Program-made: the position numbers and the translations under genes
The notes under the pieces: model-generated
The model's input: only the letters and a program-made list of their open reading frames with translations
Databases searched by the model: none
Told to the model about the DNA's origin: nothing
In this document: one piece after another, positions 35,467 through 43,709 of the stretch
Numbering within the stretch: position 1 is the first letter of the stretch
Layout: the number at the start of each line of letters is the position of its first letter
Origin: Bacilli bacterium
GTDB taxonomy: Bacteria; Bacillota_I; Bacilli_A; RF39; UBA660
Assembly: GCA_017450205.1 (NCBI GenBank)
Contig: JAFSVF010000015.1
Coordinates: forward strand, 34,106-98,105
Direction of reading: 5' to 3'
DNA length: 64,000 bases

Positions 35467-36426
35467 CTAATCCTTATAAACTGAATCAAAACCGAAATAA
35501 CTTTCCATTGTAATCCAATTACCATTATTATAAAGTTTTTCAGCAAGTTCACTACCTACATATCTAAAATGCCATGATTCATATTTATAACCAGTTTCAT
35601 TAGTTTTACCATTTACATATCTTAAAATAAAACCAAATCTCCAAGCATTATCACTTAACCATTTAGCTTCAGGAGTATTATTAAAGTCACTTGTAATACA
35701 AGGTTTACCTTTAGCACATACATCAAATGCCAATCCAGTTTGGTGTTCACTAAACCCTGGTCTTGCAGAATAAGTATCAGCAGCACTCTTACCATCTCTA
35801 GCTACATAATTATTATAAAGTTTCTTTTGAGTTTCATAAGATCTAAATTGTGATTGTCCCCACATATTATATCCTTTTTCATTTTTAGCTGCTTGATACA
35901 TCTTACTAGCTGCAGCTTCAACTGTCGAATCTAACTTACCTGGATTAAAACTTTCAGGTAATCCATAAGTCTTATTGGCAATCATATATCCATCAATATA
36001 AGTTATTCCATTCTTTTCTTGAATAGAATATCCTTTTGATGTTTTACCTTTATCAATTGCACCACTTAAATCATAACTTATCTTTTTATATGTTCCATTA
36101 CTTTGACTTTTTGTTGTTGTCGATTTAGTGGTAACAGTTGTAGTTTCTTCCGTAGTAGTTTCTTCCATAGTAGTTACCTCACTTGTCTCTTCACTTACAC
36201 TTGAAGGAGTTGTTGTTGTATTATTAGTATTTGCTTTAGTTTTACTAGAAATAATACCAATACCATTTATAAATACTGTAATAATAAGTAAAAATAAAAC
36301 TACTTTAAAATACTTATTACTTTTTCTTTTTTTCTTTTTATTTTTTGAAAACATTAAAAAATATACAAATGTATAAATAATCCATAAACATAAAATAACA
36401 ATATTATATATTTTCATTCTACTCAC
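35467..36426 (-). CDS. Membrane-anchored D-alanyl-D-alanine carboxypeptidase (peptidase M15B/VanY)
   Basis: 319 aa. TM, Thr/Glu-rich linker. Motifs FRSYETQ, GFSEHQTGLAFD, ESWHFRYVG. Confidence 0.8.
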   Translation of the reverse strand: MSRMKIYNIVILCLWIIYTFVYFLMFSKNKKKKRKSNKYFKVVLFLLIITVFINGIGIISSKTKANTNNTTTTPSSVSEETSEVTTMEETTTEETTTVTTKSTTTKSQSNGTYKKISYDLSGAIDKGKTSKGYSIQEKNGITYIDGYMIANKTYGLPESFNPGKLDSTVEAAASKMYQAAKNEKGYNMWGQSQFRSYETQKKLYNNYVARDGKSAADTYSARPGFSEHQTGLAFDVCAKGKPCITSDFNNTPEAKWLSDNAWRFGFILRYVNGKTNETGYKYESWHFRYVGSELAEKLYNNGNWITMESYFGFDSVYKD

Positions 36427-37162
36427 TCCTTACTGATGCACCTGTTTTATAATTAATATCTATACCATCCTGAATATTATAAAGAAACACATTATAACAT
36501 AGTGCATTACATTTATCTTCAACAGAAGATATTTCCATTTGAACTCCTTTAGCAACTAAATTATCTTCATCATATATAGGAGTTACTCTATATAAAACAT
36601 GGTTATTAGTTTTCTTAATATAATCAGCAGTTAAATCTTCATAATAAAGCATTGTTGTTGCATTCATATATCTAGTACAAGTAATTAAATTCTTATCATT
36701 ATCATTTTCTCCAGTTAATTGATATCCAATTAAATGACATCTATTATAAAGATACTTACCAGGCACATTATCATATTTAACTGATTGCCATCCACTTGGT
36801 TTTACATTAGAAATACTACCTCTTTTTTCAGTAGGCATTAAATCTACTCCAATATTTGCATAAGCAACTCCACATCTTCCAAGTGAATCAAGTGAACTAT
36901 ATATTTCAAAGCTTTCAGTATTATAATCAATATCACTAAATTCAGGTTTATTAAAATTAATCTCAATTACAGCATTGCCATTATAATCAGGTATTTCGCT
37001 TTTATTTATACTTACATTTGTAGTAGTACTAGTAGTAGTTACACTTGTAGAAGTTTCTTCCTCATACCCATATGTTTTATCATTTTGAATATATAAAATA
37101 ACTACAATTACTAAAATTATACATAAAACAAAAATTATTATATTTAAACTTTTATTCTTCAT
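36419..37162 (-). CDS. Membrane-anchored DNA/RNA non-specific endonuclease
   Basis: 247 aa. TM, Thr/Ser linker. GRCGVAYANIG and NRCHLIGYQLTGENDNDKNLITCTRYMN resemble Firmicute secreted/DNA-entry nucleases. Confidence 0.65.
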   Translation of the reverse strand: MKNKSLNIIIFVLCIILVIVVILYIQNDKTYGYEEETSTSVTTTSTTTNVSINKSEIPDYNGNAVIEINFNKPEFSDIDYNTESFEIYSSLDSLGRCGVAYANIGVDLMPTEKRGSISNVKPSGWQSVKYDNVPGKYLYNRCHLIGYQLTGENDNDKNLITCTRYMNATTMLYYEDLTADYIKKTNNHVLYRVTPIYDEDNLVAKGVQMEISSVEDKCNALCYNVFLYNIQDGIDINYKTGASVRSE

Positions 37163-37220
37163 AATCCATCATATATATTATAAAACAAAAAAAGTAAAAC
37201 TATTAGACTTTTTTACAGTT

Positions 37221-39362
37221 TTACTTATTTGAATCAAAACTAATACCTGGTTGAACATTACCTTGAATATTAGTTGTATTTTTATTTATTTCTTCTTTAT
37301 TAGTAGTTTCTACATTAATCTTTGTATCTTCAGGAACTTTTTCCTCGCTTGAATTATTACTAATAGGAATTGCTGGAGTATCATCAATCGTAGGTGTTTT
37401 AATATTAACTACTGGCGCAAGTGACTCTACTAATTTTTCATCAACTTTATCAGGTATACCTTCATCTACTTTTTCAATTACTTCTTGTTTAACATTATTT
37501 CTAATTTCTTTATAGTTCCAAACAATTTCATTTAATTTATTAACAATTTGTTCTTTACTAAAGGGTTTAATTAAGAAACCAGAAAATCCTGCATTTAAAC
37601 AAGTAGATTCTACGTCTTCTTCAACTGCAGTAAATGCAATAACTGGAGTTTTAAAACCTCTTATTTTCTTTAATTCATCTAATGTTTTAAATCCATCCAT
37701 GTTAGGCATTTTTAAATCCAAGAAAATAATATCATAATTCTTTCTCTTAGCAGCTTCAATACATTCTCTACCTGAAATACATGTATCAATTTGAACAGAT
37801 TCTCCTTTTAAATGAGAACTAGCTATTCTCAAATTAATTTGTGAATCATCACATAATAAAACTTGTTTTAAAGCAGCTACTGATGCTTCAATATCTCCAG
37901 ATTCGATTTGTTCAATTCTATATTCCATTTCAACTTGTTTAGGATTAATCATCATACTTATTGTTTGAGGAATTTCTACTTCAAATATAGAACCTACTCC
38001 ATAAGTACTTTTAACTCTAATTGATCCATTAAGAAGTTGAACTAATCTCTTAGTAATTGCAAGTCCTAAACCAGAACCTTCAATTGTAGAATTAATCTCT
38101 GTATCAAGTCTTTCAAATTTATTAAATAATTTATTATAATCACTAGTCTTAATACCTTTACCAGTATCTTTAACTTGAATTATTAATCTAGAAACAAAAC
38201 CTTCATTCTTTGCAAAAAGATTTATTTCTACACTACCTTCATCAGTATACTTAATAGCATTACTTAAAAGATTATTAATAATTTGTTTAATATGAATTTT
38301 ATCTCCTACTAATTCATAAGGAACATCAGATGAAATATTAGATTTTAATTGAATATTTTTAGCACCAACTCTAACTTTATTCATCTTTAAAAGTTCAGTA
38401 ACAATCTCAGTTGGAAAATAATTCATATTTTGAATTTCCATCTTATTAGATTCAATTTTGTTGATATCTAGTATGTTACCAACAATTTCAAGTAATGTTT
38501 GAGAAGCATAACTAATATCTTTTAAATCTTCTCTAACTGAATCATTAATATCATCTCTTTCAGAAATAAGTTCAGATAAACCTACAATAGCATTCAAAGG
38601 CGTTCTTATTTCATGTGACATACTTGATAAAAAATCAGCTTTTGCACGTGTTGCTTTTTCAGTTTCTTGTTTAGCAGCACTTAACTCAGTAATTATTTTT
38701 AAATCTTGATTCTCAATAGTATTAGTCATTATTACTACTATGATAGATAATACTTGAGAGACAACAATAAACTCCGGACTAATAACAGTCTTTCTTAATA
38801 AAGCACCAATAAAGAATAAAAACTCAAAAACAATTAATGGTGTAAGTTTTCTTATATCATTTTTCTTATTTAAGAAAATGTTAATATCTAGATAAATTAA
38901 ATAGAAAGAAACAATTACATCTATTAAAATTATTCTTGCACTTGAATCATATGGAAGAATTAATCCATCAACAAATTTAGCAGGAATAAGAACAAATATA
39001 ATTGCAATAACTAAAATATAACAAACAACTGAAACTGTTTGTATAATTATCTTTTTTTGATTATTACCTTTATCCTCTTTAGGAGAAACTATTCCTAAAT
39101 AATAAATAGAAAAAATCGTAGTCCATATAATTAAAAAAGTATCAAATATATTATGTATAATTAATCCTAAAGTAGTAATAGTATCTTTAGAAATAACAGT
39201 ATAATTAAAAAATTCTAGAATTGTACATACTTGAGTAAGAATTAAAAGAATAGATAAATAAATATTCTCCTTATCCATTACTTTCTTTTTAGAGAAGTAT
39301 AGTACTGAAATAATAAAAATATAAATGAAATTAATTAATAATATTGCAGTTATTATTTTCAT
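37221..39362 (-). CDS. Hybrid sensor histidine kinase with a polytopic N-terminal sensor
   Basis: 713 aa. ~7 TM helices, HisKA (MSHEIRTPLNAIVG), HATPase_c (NLLSNAIKYT, DTGKGI, GSGLGLAI), receiver (DIIFLDLKMPNMDG, LIKPF), ~100-aa low-complexity tail. Confidence 0.85.
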   Translation of the reverse strand: MKIITAILLINFIYIFIISVLYFSKKKVMDKENIYLSILLILTQVCTILEFFNYTVISKDTITTLGLIIHNIFDTFLIIWTTIFSIYYLGIVSPKEDKGNNQKKIIIQTVSVVCYILVIAIIFVLIPAKFVDGLILPYDSSARIILIDVIVSFYLIYLDINIFLNKKNDIRKLTPLIVFEFLFFIGALLRKTVISPEFIVVSQVLSIIVVIMTNTIENQDLKIITELSAAKQETEKATRAKADFLSSMSHEIRTPLNAIVGLSELISERDDINDSVREDLKDISYASQTLLEIVGNILDINKIESNKMEIQNMNYFPTEIVTELLKMNKVRVGAKNIQLKSNISSDVPYELVGDKIHIKQIINNLLSNAIKYTDEGSVEINLFAKNEGFVSRLIIQVKDTGKGIKTSDYNKLFNKFERLDTEINSTIEGSGLGLAITKRLVQLLNGSIRVKSTYGVGSIFEVEIPQTISMMINPKQVEMEYRIEQIESGDIEASVAALKQVLLCDDSQINLRIASSHLKGESVQIDTCISGRECIEAAKRKNYDIIFLDLKMPNMDGFKTLDELKKIRGFKTPVIAFTAVEEDVESTCLNAGFSGFLIKPFSKEQIVNKLNEIVWNYKEIRNNVKQEVIEKVDEGIPDKVDEKLVESLAPVVNIKTPTIDDTPAIPISNNSSEEKVPEDTKINVETTNKEEINKNTTNIQGNVQPGISFDSNK

Positions 39363-39434
39363 TCAGTACCCTTCTTTACTCTTATATATTCTACTTATTT
39401 TATTATACTTAAATTAAAAAAAATACTCAATACA

Positions 39435-39463
39435 AGAAAAAAGAATAACTATTAGTTATTCTT
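39435..39463 (-). terminator. Rho-independent terminator after pilin-like gene A
   Basis: Hairpin aagaataact (39441-39450) pairs with agttattctt (39454-39463). A U-rich run follows on the RNA. Confidence 0.55.
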
Positions 39464-39467
39464 AAAT

Positions 39468-40421
39468 TTAATCCTCATAAACACCGTCTTCAGGTAGGCC
39501 TCCACCTTGAATTCCACCATAATAAAAAGCAGGTTTATTTTCAGATCCAAGTACAACTCTATAACCACAACCTATATCTGAATAACCTAAACGCGATCCA
39601 TTAGTCATAAGAGAAAAATGAGTATAAAGTTCACTTAGTTGTGAGAATTCAAAATCTGCAGAAGCTGTACAACATTCAATTGATTTAGCAGCAGCACAAG
39701 CACTTTCACTAAATTCTCTAGCATGACCAGTACAATAACTTGTTTCACGTGAACCATCGTTATTTGAAGTAAATGTATCATAATTATAAGTTCCCTCAGT
39801 AGAATAACAATCAATTAATTTACCATTCTCATATACTCCAACCCAATCATTTGAGCCCCACTTCTCACCTGTTAAAAGTTTCTTTTCAATTGGTGTACTA
39901 CTTTCTGGATTTTCTATTAATGTAGCTGTTTTTTTCTCATATTTTTCTATAGGTGTAGAATTTTCTTTAACCACTGAATAAACGTCACATTTAGCAACAC
40001 TTAAAAGATTAATATCTGATAAGTAATCTCCATCAACATAATTTTTAATTTCAACAGTTTCTAATTTATTGCCATCAACACCATAAATCATATAATCATT
40101 GTCTTTAAGAGTAACATATATTTTAGGATCATTATTTGTCATTTTTACAATAACATATCCTTCATAATTTCCCGTACTTGAAAAACCTAAATCTTTCTTT
40201 ATATCATATAAAACGCAAGCGCCTGGATTACTAGTCAATTGATCTTCTAAATACTGTTTTTCTGCCCCAGTACTTACTTTCATTGCATATTCGCTAAATG
40301 ATTTTCTTCTTGCACTAGTCATGGTTTCTAGTACAGCTGGAATAGCTATTATCATTATTATTGCTAATATTACTATTACTGCAAGTAATTCTACTAATGT
40401 AAAACCTTTATTTTTTTTCAT
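39468..40421 (-). CDS. Type IV pilin-like protein A with a Cys-rich C-terminal head
   Basis: Start moved to ATG 40421 (SD GGTGA). MKKNKG|FTLVELLAVIVILAIIMIIAIPA is a prepilin signal with Glu+5. The C-terminal ~110 aa hold a conserved Cys framework and end in VYED. Confidence 0.75.
   Translation of the reverse strand: MKKNKGFTLVELLAVIVILAIIMIIAIPAVLETMTSARRKSFSEYAMKVSTGAEKQYLEDQLTSNPGACVLYDIKKDLGFSSTGNYEGYVIVKMTNNDPKIYVTLKDNDYMIYGVDGNKLETVEIKNYVDGDYLSDINLLSVAKCDVYSVVKENSTPIEKYEKKTATLIENPESSTPIEKKLLTGEKWGSNDWVGVYENGKLIDCYSTEGTYNYDTFTSNNDGSRETSYCTGHAREFSESACAAAKSIECCTASADFEFSQLSELYTHFSLMTNGSRLGYSDIGCGYRVVLGSENKPAFYYGGIQGGGLPEDGVYED
39819..40406. repeat. 588-bp direct repeat, copy A (5' module of the pilin-like genes)
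   Basis: Aligns base-for-base with 42332-42919. I count about 25 mismatches by eye. Confidence 0.9.
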
Positions 40422-40501
40422 TATCGTCACCATATAAATTATACTATATATATTTATAGTTTGTAAACAAATTAAAAAACAAAAAAGAGCTATAACTCTT
40501 T

Positions 40502-41170
40502 TTATATTTTTCTAATAACATTTTTATATACTTTAATATTTTTATTATTAGTTACATCATGTGTTTCATAAGTCTCATCTTCATTAACTTTTTTTCCACT
40601 TATTGAAGGAAGCTTTAATTCACTTTTTAAAACATTATCAAGCATAAATATATTCTTATCATCTTTCATAACTGAAAGATCATAAATAAGATTCTTTAAT
40701 TCTTCAATTCTAAATTTCATCATTACTTCTTCTTTAGTAGCTTCTAAATGATGATAATAAACTGAATAATTATGATGATATTCTTCTTCTAACTCATCTA
40801 GTTCATTAGATAAGTTGAAAATATCTTTTAATAAAGTAGTTCTATCATAATAAGATACTTTTATATTATCATCAAATATCATATTAACTATTTCCCATTC
40901 GTTATTATTTCCTACTTCGATTGAAAATCTATCATATCTATAAACCTTCATTTTAGTATTTTCTGGTAGATTATCTCCTATTGCATTTATAGCTTTAACT
41001 GATAAATTATATTTAATAATTTCTCTTTCTAAAGGAGTTAATTCTAATTCATTTAAATAATCAATATTACTAAAAGGACTTCTTTTTAAATAAATTAGTT
41101 CTTTCAAATAATCTTTAATATCTCCATTATATTTTTCTTCTTTTAATCTATCTAATAATTCTCTTTTCAT
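40502..41170 (-). CDS. Hypothetical cytoplasmic protein (orphan)
   Basis: 222 aa, Lys/Glu/Asn-rich, no signal peptide or TM helix, no motif recognised. ATGA overlap with the upstream ORF. Confidence 0.5.
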   Translation of the reverse strand: MKRELLDRLKEEKYNGDIKDYLKELIYLKRSPFSNIDYLNELELTPLEREIIKYNLSVKAINAIGDNLPENTKMKVYRYDRFSIEVGNNNEWEIVNMIFDDNIKVSYYDRTTLLKDIFNLSNELDELEEEYHHNYSVYYHHLEATKEEVMMKFRIEELKNLIYDLSVMKDDKNIFMLDNVLKSELKLPSISGKKVNEDETYETHDVTNNKNIKVYKNVIRKI

Positions 41171-41916
41171 ACTAATCTTTTCTTTTTTATGTCTTCATTA
41201 ATATCAGACATAAGTTTATCTCCTATATAATATTTTCCATTTTTAATACTATTAGAATATAAATATAATTGTCTATTTAAGCCACCATATTCATTATTCT
41301 TAAATCTTATATATTCTATTAAAAAATTTCTTAAAGATTTATAACAAGTAAGTGATCTAGAAATATGTCTTAATTCTTTTTCCTTTTCACTAACATTAAA
41401 TCTTTTATAATCATTTTTTACTTTTACAATATGAGTAGCAATATCATTTGGCATTAAAGATCTTACACTTATCATTTCATATGCTGGAAGTGCACCATCA
41501 ATAAAACCTCTAATTACATCATCAAGCATCTCATTTATATATTCTTCAAATTCACTAGTTCTTGCTAACTCAAGTCTACATGTTTTATCACTTTTTTTAG
41601 TATCAACTCTTTCAATTCTTTCATCAATATATTTACTAAATTCATCTAAATACTTTTCACTTTTACTTTTAGTTTCATTAATAAATGGTCTATAAATGTA
41701 TCCTTTACCAGTTGAAGTTGTTTCCAAAATAAAATTATTACCTCTTAAGACTTTACAATTTATATTCTTAATATATTTTTTAAATTCATCTTGATTCATA
41801 TTAAAAGTAATCTTATCTATCTTAGAAATATCATCATATTCAAAATTAGAATATTCATCTGTATATAAAATTTGTTCTTTATTTTTTGTTAAATTAACTA
41901 AATAATCTTTACCCAC
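41167..41916 (-). CDS. Hypothetical cytoplasmic protein (orphan)
   Basis: 249 aa, no signal peptide or TM helix, no motif recognised. TGA stop inside the ATGA overlap. Confidence 0.5.
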   Translation of the reverse strand: MGKDYLVNLTKNKEQILYTDEYSNFEYDDISKIDKITFNMNQDEFKKYIKNINCKVLRGNNFILETTSTGKGYIYRPFINETKSKSEKYLDEFSKYIDERIERVDTKKSDKTCRLELARTSEFEEYINEMLDDVIRGFIDGALPAYEMISVRSLMPNDIATHIVKVKNDYKRFNVSEKEKELRHISRSLTCYKSLRNFLIEYIRFKNNEYGGLNRQLYLYSNSIKNGKYYIGDKLMSDINEDIKKKRLV

Positions 41917-41961
41917 AATCTCACCTAACTTTTTATTATTATATCATTAACAAAAATAAAA

Positions 41962-41988
41962 AAAAGAATTATTTAAAATAATTCTTTT
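41962..41988 (-). terminator. Rho-independent terminator after pilin-like gene B
   Basis: Stem aaaagaatta (41962-41971) pairs with taattctttt (41979-41988). A long U-run follows on the RNA (A-run 41952-41961 on plus). Confidence 0.55.
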
Positions 41989-42958
41989 AGTCTTCATAAA
42001 CTTCTGTTTCTTTTAGCCCTCCACCACCTGGAAGTCCTAAGCCTCTAGGAATAAAATCACCACCATTAATTGAAAACCATGTAATTCCGCATGAAGATTT
42101 ATATTTACTATTATTAGTTATGCTGAAATTATAATGATAAGTTTGACTTGATAAATTTCCAGTATATTCAGTAGATGCAGTACAACAAGAAATTGATTGA
42201 TGTGCTTTACACTCATCACTATTTGTAGATTCATATCCTTGACCAACACAATAACTTGTTTCTAAACTACCATCATTTAAACTATTTCCATCTTTATCAA
42301 AGTTACCTGTGCTATTATAGCATCCAATCATTTTACCATTCTCATATACTCCAACCCAATCATTTGAGCCTTTTTTCTCACCTGTTAAAAGTTTCTTTTC
42401 AATTGGTGTACTACTTTCTGGATTTTCTATTAATGTAGCTGTTTTTTTCTCATATTTTTCTATAGTTGTAGAATTTTCTTTAACTACTGAATAAACTTCA
42501 CATTTAGCAACACTTAAAAGATTAATATCTGATAAGTAATCTCCATCAACATAATTTTTAATTTCAACAGTTTCTAATTTATTTCCGTCAACACCATAAA
42601 TCATATAATCATTGTCTTTAAGAGTAACATATATTTTAGGATCATTATTTGTCATTTTTACAATAACATATCCTTCATAATTTCCTGTACTTGAAAAACC
42701 TAAGTCTTTCTTTATATCATATAAAACACAAGTACCAGGATTACTAGTCAATTGATCCTCCAAGTATTGTTTTTCAGCACCAGTACTTACTTTCATAGCA
42801 TATTCACTAAATGATTTTCTTCTTGCACTAGTCATAGTTTCTAGTACAGCAGGAATAGCTATTATCATTATTATTGCTAATATTACTATTACTGCAAGTA
42901 ATTCTACTAATGTAAAACCATTATTAGTTATATTATTATTTATATTATTATTTTTCAT
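41987..42958 (-). CDS. Type IV pilin-like protein B with a divergent Cys-rich C-terminal head
   Basis: Start moved to ATG 42958 (SD AAGGAG). MKNNNINNNITNNG|FTLVELL is a prepilin signal. The first ~205 mature residues are nearly identical to protein A, then the sequence diverges. Ends in VYED. Confidence 0.75.
   Translation of the reverse strand: MKNNNINNNITNNGFTLVELLAVIVILAIIMIIAIPAVLETMTSARRKSFSEYAMKVSTGAEKQYLEDQLTSNPGTCVLYDIKKDLGFSSTGNYEGYVIVKMTNNDPKIYVTLKDNDYMIYGVDGNKLETVEIKNYVDGDYLSDINLLSVAKCEVYSVVKENSTTIEKYEKKTATLIENPESSTPIEKKLLTGEKKGSNDWVGVYENGKMIGCYNSTGNFDKDGNSLNDGSLETSYCVGQGYESTNSDECKAHQSISCCTASTEYTGNLSSQTYHYNFSITNNSKYKSSCGITWFSINGGDFIPRGLGLPGGGGLKETEVYED
42332..42919. repeat. 588-bp direct repeat, copy B (5' module of the pilin-like genes)
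   Basis: Aligns with 39819-40406 at roughly 96% identity by eye. Confidence 0.9.
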
Positions 42959-43316
42959 ATTTTTCTCCTTCATATTCTTTTTTTATCCATTCAACTAATA
43001 AATTAGTTATGAATACACATTCTTTATCTGTTAATTCTCTTCCCATAGGGATTCTATGCCATTTATTTAAACAAGACCTACAACAACAAGCACAAGCATG
43101 CATAGCAATAAATGAAGGATGACCTTTCATTGGAGTTTGTCTACCATCATTCTTAGGATATGCAGGTTTTAACTTTTGATACACAAAATCATTCGTATGT
43201 CTTATAACTGTATCTAATCCTTTATCATCAATATATTTAATCATGTATTTTCTTAAATGAAATGATGATCTAAATTTAGACTTAGATAACTTATTTAAAA
43301 TTTCACTATTATCCAT
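42948..43316 (-). CDS. DUF4186 family protein
   Basis: 122 aa. GHPSFIAMHACACCCRSCLNKWHRIP matches the characteristic Cys-rich core of DUF4186. Confidence 0.7.
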   Translation of the reverse strand: MDNSEILNKLSKSKFRSSFHLRKYMIKYIDDKGLDTVIRHTNDFVYQKLKPAYPKNDGRQTPMKGHPSFIAMHACACCCRSCLNKWHRIPMGRELTDKECVFITNLLVEWIKKEYEGEKYEK

Positions 43317-43707
43317 TATTAATTAATTTTTTTACCTTTGCTTCATAATCATTAGTTCTTAAAGGTTCGATATTTTTAACTTGTTCTCTATTAATTAATG
43401 AATCAGGAATAGCAAGTTGATTTGCAGTTCTTAATCTAATATTCCCATCATCATTCATTACATAATAGAAACCTAAACCTCTAAATTCATCATAATCATT
43501 TGGAAATACAAATTGAACTAAATTTTCTGGTTCAATATCATCAAAACAATACATATTTCCTTCATCTAAATAAAAATGTAAATACTTCTTTTTTAAATCA
43601 TAAATATGTGTAGAAATTTCTTCATTTGTTTCATAATGATAACCTTTTAATTTATTTTTATTTAAATCTTGTAATTCTTTATTTGAACAATATCTATATG
43701 CAATCAT
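43309..43707 (-). CDS. Hypothetical protein
   Basis: 132 aa, no motif recognised. Overlaps the DUF4186 gene by 8 nt. Confidence 0.4.
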   Translation of the reverse strand: MIAYRYCSNKELQDLNKNKLKGYHYETNEEISTHIYDLKKKYLHFYLDEGNMYCFDDIEPENLVQFVFPNDYDEFRGLGFYYVMNDDGNIRLRTANQLAIPDSLINREQVKNIEPLRTNDYEAKVKKLINNG

Positions 43708-43709
43708 AA

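Noticed and set aside
41167-41170. Mollicute-type genetic code (TGA = Trp), given the extreme AT-richness and the DUF285 repeats
   Set aside because: TGA terminates the 249-aa ORF within an ATGA overlap. All conserved genes are full-length under the standard code with Trp encoded by TGG.
43309-43707. ADP-ribosyltransferase-like R / S-T / E-x-E residues (AYRY, ISTH, IEPEN) in the 132-aa orphan
   Set aside because: The spacing of ~27 residues between elements and the total length are too small for any ART fold I know. The match is probably chance in a low-complexity protein.
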